The notes under the pieces were generated by a model. That model did no database searches. It was not told where the DNA came from and saw only the letters and a list, made by a program, of their open reading frames with translations. A stretch of DNA of 38,384 nt from a bacterium (GTDB taxonomy: Bacteria; Patescibacteriota; Minisyncoccia; Minisyncoccales; UBA1441). The translations under genes and the position numbers were made by a program. The DNA is taken from contig JAKQBO010000009.1 of the NCBI GenBank assembly GCA_029559515.1, forward strand, positions 1 to 38,384, in the 5' to 3' direction. This document shows, piece by piece, positions 8,661 to 16,694 of the stretch (position 1 is the stretch's first letter; each line of letters begins with the position of its first letter).

Positions 8661-10691
8661 ATGGTTTCTCCTAAGTTGCAAAACATCGTTGTTCGGACTA
8701 TGCAGCGAGACTTGGAGATGTTAGAACGGGGCGAAGTCCCGGGCCGAGCTGGTCGTCCTTCTAGCAAAGCCGAAGAGATGATCAAGCAGGCCCAGTCGGC
8801 CATTCGCCAGGCTGAGGCTGAAAGAGGCGTTATGCGCCCTCCGACCCCTTCTCTGGAAACAGCCCCCGCTCCTTCTTCTAAAGAAAAGGCTCAAAAAATA
8901 GCTGAAGAAAAGAAAGCTGAAGAAGAAAGAAAAAAGATAGCAGAGCAGAAGAAGCAAGAGGAGCTGTCTCGTAAAGAAGCCGAGGCCCCTCGCATAACCG
9001 AAGAAGAAAAGAAACGAGTTGAAGCTGAAGCCCTGCGCCAAGCTGAAGAAGAAAAGAAACAAGCTGATAAAGAACGGTGGCTAGAAATTTTCTCCGAGGC
9101 TGAGAAAATTGCTCAAACTAAAAGCCTCATTCTGCCTGATATCAGTGAGGTCGAAGAAGTCACAGATTCTTTGTTTAAAATCGAGCGAGAGATTGAGCTA
9201 GTTCGCCTTGAGCTGGCAGAAATTCCTGCCCGAGAAAACATTTTGTTACCGGAAAAGAAAAAACTTTCTGAACAAAAAGAACAACTTGAGAGAGAATATC
9301 AAAAAATTATTCACCGGCTAGAGGAATTAAAAATAAAACGGCAACAAACAGAACAGGCTGAGGCTCGAGCAACTACCAGCGACAAGAGAAGGAAATTCGA
9401 AGAACAGCGCTGGCAAGTAGCCAAGAGACAAAGAGAGGTAGAGCAGGAAAAATGGACTAAAAAGGATGAATTAGCCGGACTGAGTGCAGCTTTAGGCCGC
9501 CTAGAAGACCAGGTTCAAGAGCTAGAACAGCGGCGCCAAGGTTATGAAAGCCGTCTTCAGAAACTTAACTCCCAAAAAGAAGAATTAGATATTCGAAAAG
9601 AGAAGATTGATCTGCGCCGGGAGCTAGAAGAGCTAGAGCCTGCTAAAGAAAAACCTATTCAGCAATTAAAAGAACTGGAAAACCAGAGAGAAGAAATTCG
9701 GGAAGAGCTTAGAGCTATTCTAGCCGAGGAAAAGAAAGTCGAAGAAAAGGAAATTGAGCTTCATCAAAAAATTGAAGCCTGCACTAATGACGAGGAAAAA
9801 CGACGGCTCACCAAAGACCGCTGGTCTGTTGAAAAAGAAAGAGAGTCTGTTGAAAAGGATCGTTGGCAAATTGAACAGAAGGTGGCGGCCCTCAGAGAAC
9901 AACAGCGGCAGATCATTGAGCCTTATCGAACCATAGTCAGTAAAGAGCAGCAAATTTATCAGAGATTGAGAGAAATCGATCTTCTGTTGGCTTTTGGCCT
10001 AGAAGCCGGCCGTCAAAAGATCAAACAACGGGCTCAGCAAGAAGAAGATTTAAAAGAAAAGCGCCAGCGCGGAGTTTTAACTCGAACCCATCAGCAGCAG
10101 CTTGAAGCTGAACGCCAGCACCAAGAGGCAGAAGCGAGGAGGAAGAAAGAATTAGAAGCTTTAGCTTTAAAGCAGCAAGAAGAAGCTGAGAAAGAGCGGG
10201 AACGGCAACGCTTAATTAAAGAGCAAAGAGATAAAGCAGAAGCAGAAAAAAGACAAAAAGAAGCTGAAGAAGCAAAAAAGGCGGCTGAAGTCAAAGAAGC
10301 TGAAGAAGCAAAAAGGGCTGCCGAAGCCAAAGAGAAAGAGGTAGCCGAAAAAGAACCCCTCTTCTCTGAAGACCAGTCCATAGAAAAAACTGAAATAAAA
10401 GAGCCGGCCGACGTTGCCACCGCCCGCGACATCTTTATTGAACAACTAATGGCCTCAACCTCTGAAGAGGAAGAGGAAAGAGAGCAGTTTTTGCGCCGAG
10501 TTAGGGGTGAAGGCGCGAGTATTCCGGCCGAAGACCAGCTTGAATCACAGTTAAAAGAGGGTGTTGTTTTCCGGCCGGTTCCGCAGAAACCAAACCGCGG
10601 ACAGAAGATAATCGCTCGCGTCCTGATCGTGCTTTTGTTAATCGGCTTAGGCTTAATAGTCTATCTTATCTTCAGCGGGTATTTACTTTAA
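8661..10691 (+). CDS. Long E/K/Q/R-rich coiled-coil protein with a C-terminal transmembrane anchor
   Basis: About 500 aa of highly charged helical sequence; the only hydrophobic segment is VLIVLLLIGLGLIVYLIF at the extreme C-terminus; N-terminal RTMQRD motif. Confidence 0.8.
   Translation: MVSPKLQNIVVRTMQRDLEMLERGEVPGRAGRPSSKAEEMIKQAQSAIRQAEAERGVMRPPTPSLETAPAPSSKEKAQKIAEEKKAEEERKKIAEQKKQEELSRKEAEAPRITEEEKKRVEAEALRQAEEEKKQADKERWLEIFSEAEKIAQTKSLILPDISEVEEVTDSLFKIEREIELVRLELAEIPARENILLPEKKKLSEQKEQLEREYQKIIHRLEELKIKRQQTEQAEARATTSDKRRKFEEQRWQVAKRQREVEQEKWTKKDELAGLSAALGRLEDQVQELEQRRQGYESRLQKLNSQKEELDIRKEKIDLRRELEELEPAKEKPIQQLKELENQREEIREELRAILAEEKKVEEKEIELHQKIEACTNDEEKRRLTKDRWSVEKERESVEKDRWQIEQKVAALREQQRQIIEPYRTIVSKEQQIYQRLREIDLLLAFGLEAGRQKIKQRAQQEEDLKEKRQRGVLTRTHQQQLEAERQHQEAEARRKKELEALALKQQEEAEKERERQRLIKEQRDKAEAEKRQKEAEEAKKAAEVKEAEEAKRAAEAKEKEVAEKEPLFSEDQSIEKTEIKEPADVATARDIFIEQLMASTSEEEEEREQFLRRVRGEGASIPAEDQLESQLKEGVVFRPVPQKPNRGQKIIARVLIVLLLIGLGLIVYLIFSGYLL
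10257..10328 (+). repeat. 36-bp in-frame tandem duplication (KEAEEAKKAAEV / KEAEEAKRAAEA)
   Basis: aaagaagctgaagaagcaaaaaaggcggctgaagtc followed by aaagaagctgaagaagcaaaaagggctgccgaagcc. Confidence 0.85.
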
Positions 10692-10696
10692 ATTAA

Positions 10697-10733
10697 AAAC
10701 AAAAAGCGGCCCACTTAAGCCGCTTTTTTGTTT
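10697..10733. terminator. Bidirectional intrinsic terminator
   Basis: AAACAAAAAGCGGC-ccacttaa-GCCGCTTTTTTGTTT between convergent genes, with T tracts on both strands. Confidence 0.88.
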
Positions 10734-10744
10734 CTCTCTTTTAT

Positions 10745-11731
10745 TTAAAAACTAAGATAAGTTCCTACTGAATAGCGAGCTAACGGATTTGTTGCCCCTC
10801 TGACGTCAAAGTGCAGATGGCATCCGGTTGACCGTCCAGTTGTGCCCATTCGGCCAATCTGCTGTCCTTGAGCAACGCTCTGGCCAGCCTTCACCCATAT
10901 CTCTGAAAGATGCCCGTAATAGGTAACTACTCCGTTAGGATGGAGGATTTGTACTCTATTTCCTCCGATACTAATGTATCCGGCTCGCTGGACCGTTCCG
11001 GCGGCCGCAGCATAAATCGGAGTACCGCATTGGTTCGCAATATCAATTGCATTATAATGGTGTAGCCCCTGGGTGATGCGACCAGAGGTCGGACGGATAA
11101 AATAAGAAGAGGCTACCGTTGACTGGGTGCTGATTTGAGGCGTGGTCAGTTGCTTGCCTCCGGGAATGATCAAAACGTCTCCAATATATATTTCATTGGC
11201 ATCACTTATCTGATTGAAAGAAAGAATTGCTGCCTCCGAAACTTTATAAGCGCGAGCAATGTGGCTGAGTGTTTCGTTTTTCCCGACTAAATGTAGCGCT
11301 CCTGAAACCGGCAAGATAATTAAGCTATCACCCTCTTTTAAGGTATTATTACGGTTAAGGTCGTTCGCCCAAGAGATCGTGTCAGCTGAAATTCCGAACC
11401 TTTCAGCTAGCCCAGAAACAGTGTCGCCGGACTGAACGACGTAGTTAAAGATTTGGCTTTGATAGTCATAGCCGCCAGCCACCACCGTGCCCAGAGCCTG
11501 ACTGGTCACACTGGGGGAGGTATAAACCTGAAGGCTGGACTGCTCAATTAAACTCAGATGAGAAAAATCAAAACTCGCCGTCTTATCCAAAGCTGGAATG
11601 AACTCGCTAGAAGAGCTTAGTTCATATTGATCAAAAACCAACTCGGACGGCGAGACCGGCCAAACAGCGGTTATTAGTAACCCTATCGCAAGAGTAAGAA
11701 AAGCACCAACTACTCTTTTTGACAGATGCAT
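10745..11731 (-). CDS. LysM (x2) + M23 family peptidoglycan endopeptidase
   Basis: N-terminal signal/TM; YVVQSGDTVSGLA and HLVGKNETLSHIA LysM repeats; HYNAIDIA, YYGHL and GCHLHF M23 zinc motifs. Confidence 0.92.
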   Translation of the reverse strand: MHLSKRVVGAFLTLAIGLLITAVWPVSPSELVFDQYELSSSSEFIPALDKTASFDFSHLSLIEQSSLQVYTSPSVTSQALGTVVAGGYDYQSQIFNYVVQSGDTVSGLAERFGISADTISWANDLNRNNTLKEGDSLIILPVSGALHLVGKNETLSHIARAYKVSEAAILSFNQISDANEIYIGDVLIIPGGKQLTTPQISTQSTVASSYFIRPTSGRITQGLHHYNAIDIANQCGTPIYAAAAGTVQRAGYISIGGNRVQILHPNGVVTYYGHLSEIWVKAGQSVAQGQQIGRMGTTGRSTGCHLHFDVRGATNPLARYSVGTYLSF

Positions 11732-11741
11732 GACGTTGACT

Positions 11742-11770
11742 AATTTATCTAAATCGAGGCCTTATGTCAA
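11742..11770 (-). promoter_or_regulatory. Promoter TTGACA-N17-TAAATT for the LysM-M23 gene
   Basis: Perfect -35 at 11770-11765 (inside the first codons of rsmA) and -10 at 11747-11742, 10 nt before ATG 11731. Confidence 0.6.
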
Positions 11771-12612
11771 ACAAGTTATCCCCAATCGAACCTAATCTAG
11801 CTAACCACACTAGAAATTTGCTGAAGAAATACCAGCTGCGACCCAATAAACGTCTTGGGCAAAACTTTTTAATTGATGACCGCGTTTTAAATGATCTTCT
11901 TCAGGCAGCGGAGCTGACTTCTCAGGACACCGTTTTAGAGGTCGGTTCCGGCTTAGGCACCTTAACCCGGGCTCTCGCCCGCCGAGTTCGAAAGGTTATC
12001 TCTTTGGAAAAAGACCGCCGGCTAAACGATATTCTGGCCTCCGAATTAAATGAATTTGACAATGTTTCTATTCTCAATCAAGACATTCGGACTTTTCTGT
12101 CTCAAAAAGACATCCTCTTCGATAAAGTGGTGGCCAATCTGCCCTTTTATCTGACTTCGCCCCTAATTACCGGGTTGATGAAACTTTCGCCGCCTCCTTC
12201 CCTGATGGTTCTAATGGTTCAAAAGGAGGTGGCTGAAAGGATTTGCGCCCAGCCACCCAAGGCCAACCGAATGGCTGTTCTCTGCCAGATCCAGGCTAGG
12301 TGCCGGCTGGTTCGCCAGGTGCCGGCTCGGAGTTTTTGGCCCGCTCCCGAGGTAGACGCTGCCATCCTGAAGATGAACACATCTGGGATATCGCCCGATC
12401 CGCTTTTAGAAAAATTGGTTAATGCCGGTTTTCGTTCCCCTCGGAAGACCCTAGCTAACAACCTCTCTTCTTTTCCCGGCTTCAATCAAGAAATATTGGC
12501 ACAATGCAACCTAAACCCTAAAGTTCGAGCGGAGGCCTTGACTTTACAAGACTGGAAACATCTTAAAAATTGTTTTCTCGGCCAAAAAAATGTTATAATC
12601 AGGCCAATATGA
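11764..12612 (+). CDS. rsmA: 16S rRNA m6,2A dimethyltransferase RsmA/KsgA
   Basis: KRLGQNFLID, VLEVGSGLG, VVANLPFY, MVQKEVAERI, FWPAPEVDAA, RKTLANNL, RAEAL. Confidence 0.95.
   Translation: MSNKLSPIEPNLANHTRNLLKKYQLRPNKRLGQNFLIDDRVLNDLLQAAELTSQDTVLEVGSGLGTLTRALARRVRKVISLEKDRRLNDILASELNEFDNVSILNQDIRTFLSQKDILFDKVVANLPFYLTSPLITGLMKLSPPPSLMVLMVQKEVAERICAQPPKANRMAVLCQIQARCRLVRQVPARSFWPAPEVDAAILKMNTSGISPDPLLEKLVNAGFRSPRKTLANNLSSFPGFNQEILAQCNLNPKVRAEALTLQDWKHLKNCFLGQKNVIIRPI
12591..12599 (+). promoter_or_regulatory. Extended -10 (TGtTATAAT) for the T4SS-like operon, within the 3' end of rsmA
   Basis: Perfect TG-N-TATAAT 9 nt upstream of ATG 12609; TTGTTT lies 18 nt upstream of the -10 hexamer. Confidence 0.6.
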
Positions 12613-15170
12613 AAAAGAAAACCTTCAGAAGAATTTGTTTTCTTTTGATTGCTATTCTGGCGGTGGTTTTATTTATTGCCCCTGAATTTGTTGGACAAGC
12701 CGAAGCTGACACAATATACGAGAATATCCCAATTGTAGGAGGGCAGGGCGAAGCACTTCCTTTCTGGGCTTGGATTAAAAGACTTGTCCAGGATTTCTTT
12801 TGGTCTCTCCTCTCGTTAGTGTTATTGGTGATTAATTCGGTTTTTCTTGGAGCATTGGCTGTTGCTGAGATGCTCTTTAACGTCATCGCCAGTCCTGGCT
12901 TTATTTCTGAATCATTTACCGGTCCTGACAACCCCTTTGTTTACCCGAACTGGGTTCTGATCCGTGATTTGGCGAATATTGGTATTATCCTGGGCGTTGT
13001 TTTTTGCGGATTGAAAATGGCCTTTGGTCTCGATAGCCGTGCAACGAAGAAGAGCCTAGTTACTCTCATTGCTTTAGCTTTTTTGATCAACTTTACACCT
13101 GTTTTACTCGGCCTTTTAATCGACGCGGCTCAAATTGCCATGAACCAATTTATGGGCCCGGGGTTGACTCAGACGACCGGCATGGCTTCGGGGGTAATGA
13201 AAGCTTTCGCGAATATAAGAGATATTGGAGAAAACCAGATGGTCGCCTTTATTCAGATGTTAACCATGGGAGCAGTCTGCTTGTTTTTGGCTTTTATATA
13301 CTTTGTTTTGGCTATTGTCTTCCTGGTTCGCTACATCGTCCTCTGGGTTTTAGTAATTCTTTCGCCACTGGCCTTTTTAGCCTACGCTTTTAAAGGTGGT
13401 CAGAAGATTTGGAATATGTGGTGGTCTAATTTTATTAGCTGGACTTTTATTGGCGTCCCCATTGCCTTTTTTGTCGCTTTGGCTGGCTGGATGTACGGCT
13501 ATGGCCAGCCTTTATGGGATACAACCGCCCGAAATATGGCTCTTCGAATAAGCGATGAGGGATTGGCTGGAAGTGGCGTTATTTCGTCTGAAGTTTTTGC
13601 GCCCATCTTCCCCGGCATATTAATTGTGATCGGGTTCATGATCAGCCTTAATATTGCCCCGGCTTTCGCTAAGACGGTCATGGATTATACCAAGAAAGGC
13701 GCTCATGGTGCTGCGGCCTGGAGCTGGGGCAAAGTTAGATACCGTACCCGCGATCTTCGAGACAAGAGTAGAAGAGAGGTCCACGCCCGGCACGTTAAGG
13801 AAGACGCTCAAGCTCTGGGCATCAACACTGCCGGCTGGGATGACCCTAAAAAGAGTTATGCTGTACGCGCTCAGGTGGCGAAAGAGCTGCAAGAAAGCAA
13901 CCAGGCTAAAGGAGCGCAGAAGGCTCATGCTGCCAGGTATCTCGACGTTCAGCAAAAGATCGATGAACGCAAGCTGGAGCACTCTCGATTCGCTAAGAAG
14001 TTAAAAGATGCTAGTGAAGAAGAGCTTGATGCTCTGATTTATCAGCCCACGCCTCAGCTTGTGCCGCACACCAAGACCGGGGTTGCCAAAAAGAGGGCTC
14101 TGGCTTTACAGGAAGCCATGAACCGGGATAAAGGCAAGGCCCTGAAAAAGTTCAAGAACCTTGCCTCGTTAAGCGAAGAAGAGATCTTACAGACAGCAGG
14201 TGCTTTTGCTAGCCTGGGGCCGGCTTATCAGGGCACCCTTGAAAATTTTCTGGTTGCGGCAAGCGGCAAGCATGGCAAAACAATTAAAGAGCATGAAGAA
14301 GCGCTCGGCATTGAGAAAGGATCCCTCGATAAGGCGATAAAGAAGCTTAGGGCCGAAGACAACGAGCTCTTGGCTCATGTGTACCAAAATGCTTCAGAGG
14401 AAAACCAACGGCTTCTTCTGGATAATTTGATTGAGGCCGATACCAAGACAATTATTAGCACTATCCGCCGATTAAAGGCAGAAGAGAGAGGGCCTTTTGC
14501 CTTTAAATTAAAAGAGGCTGCTGAAAGAGCCGGTGGCGTCAAAGCAAAAAATTTCCAACATACAGCAAGATTTCTTAATGCACAGTGGTATCTTACCGAC
14601 TATGAAAAAGATCTCACTCCAGAGGCCGACCAATCAAGGATGAAAATCAAACAGATAGTAGAACGGGCTAAGGTGATAGAAAAAGAGACAGACCAGGGCA
14701 AGAGACAGAAAGAGGTTGCTGAAATTGTTTCTAAAATCATCTCTTCGGACAATGAGCAACGATCAGAAATTATGAACCGCATAGCGCCCGTGGCTCCTTC
14801 GGTTCATCAAGAAGCTCTACAGGAAACCATAAGGAAAGAATTAATTGGCCGCGCTAAGCAGATTAGGCGTATGAAAGACGATCCCCGAATGGAGCAAGAA
14901 AGCAAAGACCTCTCGGCTAAGCTTGCCGAGGACTTAAAGAAGATCGGCCCAAAGCAATGGCAAGAATTCCTTAAGGAAGATTTAATCGAGCGCGTTTATG
15001 AATTCCAGCAGAAGATAAAAAACGCCAAGACTTTGGAAGAAAAGAAGAAACTAGGTAATCGCATGATGCAAAGAGATATCCTGGATGAGATTAGCCTTCT
15101 TAATTCTAAAGACCAAAAAGAGATTACTGATCTAATAAACAAAATTTATGATCAAGAAATCCCGGCATAA
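12609..15170 (+). CDS. VirB6/TrbL-like polytopic membrane protein with a long charged C-terminal tail
   Basis: WVLIRDLANI..., LINFT...LIDAA, and LVRYIVLWVLVILSPLAFL...W..WW motifs typical of VirB6/TrbL-like proteins; position upstream of prgI/virB4. Start set at ATG 12609 (ATGA overlap with the rsmA stop). Confidence 0.72.
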   Translation: MKKKTFRRICFLLIAILAVVLFIAPEFVGQAEADTIYENIPIVGGQGEALPFWAWIKRLVQDFFWSLLSLVLLVINSVFLGALAVAEMLFNVIASPGFISESFTGPDNPFVYPNWVLIRDLANIGIILGVVFCGLKMAFGLDSRATKKSLVTLIALAFLINFTPVLLGLLIDAAQIAMNQFMGPGLTQTTGMASGVMKAFANIRDIGENQMVAFIQMLTMGAVCLFLAFIYFVLAIVFLVRYIVLWVLVILSPLAFLAYAFKGGQKIWNMWWSNFISWTFIGVPIAFFVALAGWMYGYGQPLWDTTARNMALRISDEGLAGSGVISSEVFAPIFPGILIVIGFMISLNIAPAFAKTVMDYTKKGAHGAAAWSWGKVRYRTRDLRDKSRREVHARHVKEDAQALGINTAGWDDPKKSYAVRAQVAKELQESNQAKGAQKAHAARYLDVQQKIDERKLEHSRFAKKLKDASEEELDALIYQPTPQLVPHTKTGVAKKRALALQEAMNRDKGKALKKFKNLASLSEEEILQTAGAFASLGPAYQGTLENFLVAASGKHGKTIKEHEEALGIEKGSLDKAIKKLRAEDNELLAHVYQNASEENQRLLLDNLIEADTKTIISTIRRLKAEERGPFAFKLKEAAERAGGVKAKNFQHTARFLNAQWYLTDYEKDLTPEADQSRMKIKQIVERAKVIEKETDQGKRQKEVAEIVSKIISSDNEQRSEIMNRIAPVAPSVHQEALQETIRKELIGRAKQIRRMKDDPRMEQESKDLSAKLAEDLKKIGPKQWQEFLKEDLIERVYEFQQKIKNAKTLEEKKKLGNRMMQRDILDEISLLNSKDQKEITDLINKIYDQEIPA

Positions 15171-15194
15171 TAGACCTAATCAACCTTAAAAACC

Positions 15195-15614
15195 ATGGAT
15201 AAATTAAGCCGCCGCAGCAATCTAAGCCACATTGAACTAATGAAGACGATTGATCGCCTCCCCCCAGCTTTGGGTGACGCTTATCATTCGATTGAAATGG
15301 TTGATGTTATTGGAAACATCGCTCGGCGTTATAAACTTAACCACGAAGAAGAGTGGGAGCTCTTAGGAATTGTTTACGATGTTATCCTGGGGCTACTGCC
15401 TCCGCCAGCCGTTGAGACTGAAATTAAAAATCGAGTCCGGCTAGAGCCTGAAGAAGCTGGCTTTGTTTCAGGTGAGCTTGACGCTTTCATATTCAATCAC
15501 ATTCGATCAGCATTGAATAAGATTTACGGATTAGAGAAAGCATCAAAAGAGGCAGAAGCAAAGAGTCTTCCGGATAAGAACACCGCTGACCCATATCGTG
15601 AGTCCATTGAATAA
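15195..15614 (+). CDS. Hypothetical protein with C-terminal DPYRE motif
   Basis: Intact ORF within the operon; LGLLPP...EIK and a terminal DPYRESIE resemble conserved CPR hypotheticals. Confidence 0.75.
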   Translation: MDKLSRRSNLSHIELMKTIDRLPPALGDAYHSIEMVDVIGNIARRYKLNHEEEWELLGIVYDVILGLLPPPAVETEIKNRVRLEPEEAGFVSGELDAFIFNHIRSALNKIYGLEKASKEAEAKSLPDKNTADPYRESIE

Positions 15615-15616
15615 TT

Positions 15617-16036
15617 ATGCAGTATCTCGTTCCCCAATTTATTGAGCGCGAGTCTAAAATCGTCGGGCCTTTGAGCTTTAAACAGGTTATTTTTCTGGGT
15701 GCAGCTGGCGGACTAAGCCTGGCGGTCTGGTTTCTTTTGCCGACAGCCGTCGCCATGGTTCTTATCTGCCTGATTGTAGCCGCCGCCGTTGCTTTAGCCT
15801 TTTGGAAGCCACACGGGCGCCCGCTGGCTGAAATTATTGTTTCCGCCTTCCGCCATTCCATTTCGACTCGCCAATACTTATGGCGGAGACAATCAATTGA
15901 AGACCTGCCGATAATTAGCAGCGAAGACGAAAAGACAAACGATGTCAAACTTGACCTCGAAGACCAGCAGGCCTTGATGGAGCTTTCACCGCGGAGCCGG
16001 TTGGAAAAACTAAAAACCCGAATCGAATCTAAATAA
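15617..16036 (+). CDS. prgI: PrgI family (VirB3-like) protein
   Basis: MQYLVPQFIERESKIVGPLSFKQ, two TM helices, then GRPL...P/R.YLWR. Confidence 0.85.
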   Translation: MQYLVPQFIERESKIVGPLSFKQVIFLGAAGGLSLAVWFLLPTAVAMVLICLIVAAAVALAFWKPHGRPLAEIIVSAFRHSISTRQYLWRRQSIEDLPIISSEDEKTNDVKLDLEDQQALMELSPRSRLEKLKTRIESK

Positions 16037-16038
16037 TC

Positions 16039-16692
16039 ATGAAAGGCTCGAGCCAACAATTTTTACCAATCGGCGAGATAAAAGAAGGGGTCCTCGTCCT
16101 TAAAAGTGGCGGCCTGAGGGGGATTTTAATGGTGTCGTCAATTAACTTCGCCTTAAAGTCGTCCGATGAACAGCAGGCCATTATTTATCAGTTTCAAAAT
16201 TTCCTGAATTCTCTTGATTTTACCACTCAAATTTTAGTTTACTCTCGGCGAGTGAATATGGCCGGTTATTTGGAAAAGCTAAAAAATCTAGAAGAGCGGC
16301 AAACCAACGACTTAATCAGAGCCCAGACGGCTGATTACCGCCGTTTTATTAAGCAGGTCTTAGAGAAGGGCGATATTATGAGTAAGACTTTTTATATTGT
16401 GGTTCCTTATACCCTGACTGAGGCTCAAGGAACGGTTTCAGCCACTCGAGAAATTTTCCGAAAAAAGAAGACTTCGCCAACCGGCTCCCGGATATCAAAC
16501 GAAGCATTTAATCGCGCCCGTTCCCAGTTGATGCAAAGAATGGAATTTGTCGCCATTGGTCTGAGACGGTGCCAGTTAGGGGCCGTTCCTTTGACCTCGC
16601 CGGAGCTAATTGAAATGCTTTGGGCTTTACACCACCCAGACTCAGCTGAACGGGGTTATTATCCGTCTATTATGCCGGAAATTATTAATTGA
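16039..16692 (+). CDS. TraC-like / VirB4-associated protein
   Basis: SQQFLPI.EIKEGVLVLK.GG.RGILMVSSINFALKS.DEQ.AII..FQNFLNSLDF...KTFYIVVPY, located between prgI and virB4. Confidence 0.7.
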   Translation: MKGSSQQFLPIGEIKEGVLVLKSGGLRGILMVSSINFALKSSDEQQAIIYQFQNFLNSLDFTTQILVYSRRVNMAGYLEKLKNLEERQTNDLIRAQTADYRRFIKQVLEKGDIMSKTFYIVVPYTLTEAQGTVSATREIFRKKKTSPTGSRISNEAFNRARSQLMQRMEFVAIGLRRCQLGAVPLTSPELIEMLWALHHPDSAERGYYPSIMPEIIN

Positions 16693-16694
16693 TT

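Noticed and set aside
10257-10328. 36-bp repeat as a CRISPR repeat
   Set aside because: Two adjacent in-frame coding copies with no spacers and no cas genes.
8721-10445. Phe/Ser/Leu-rich minus-strand ORFs (8721-9062, 9720-9953, 10091-10432, 10212-10445)
   Set aside because: Antisense shadows of the GAA/AAA-rich coiled-coil gene.
11764-12612. Erm-type resistance methyltransferase
   Set aside because: C-terminal RKTL.NNL and RAE.L motifs and the housekeeping context fit RsmA/KsgA.
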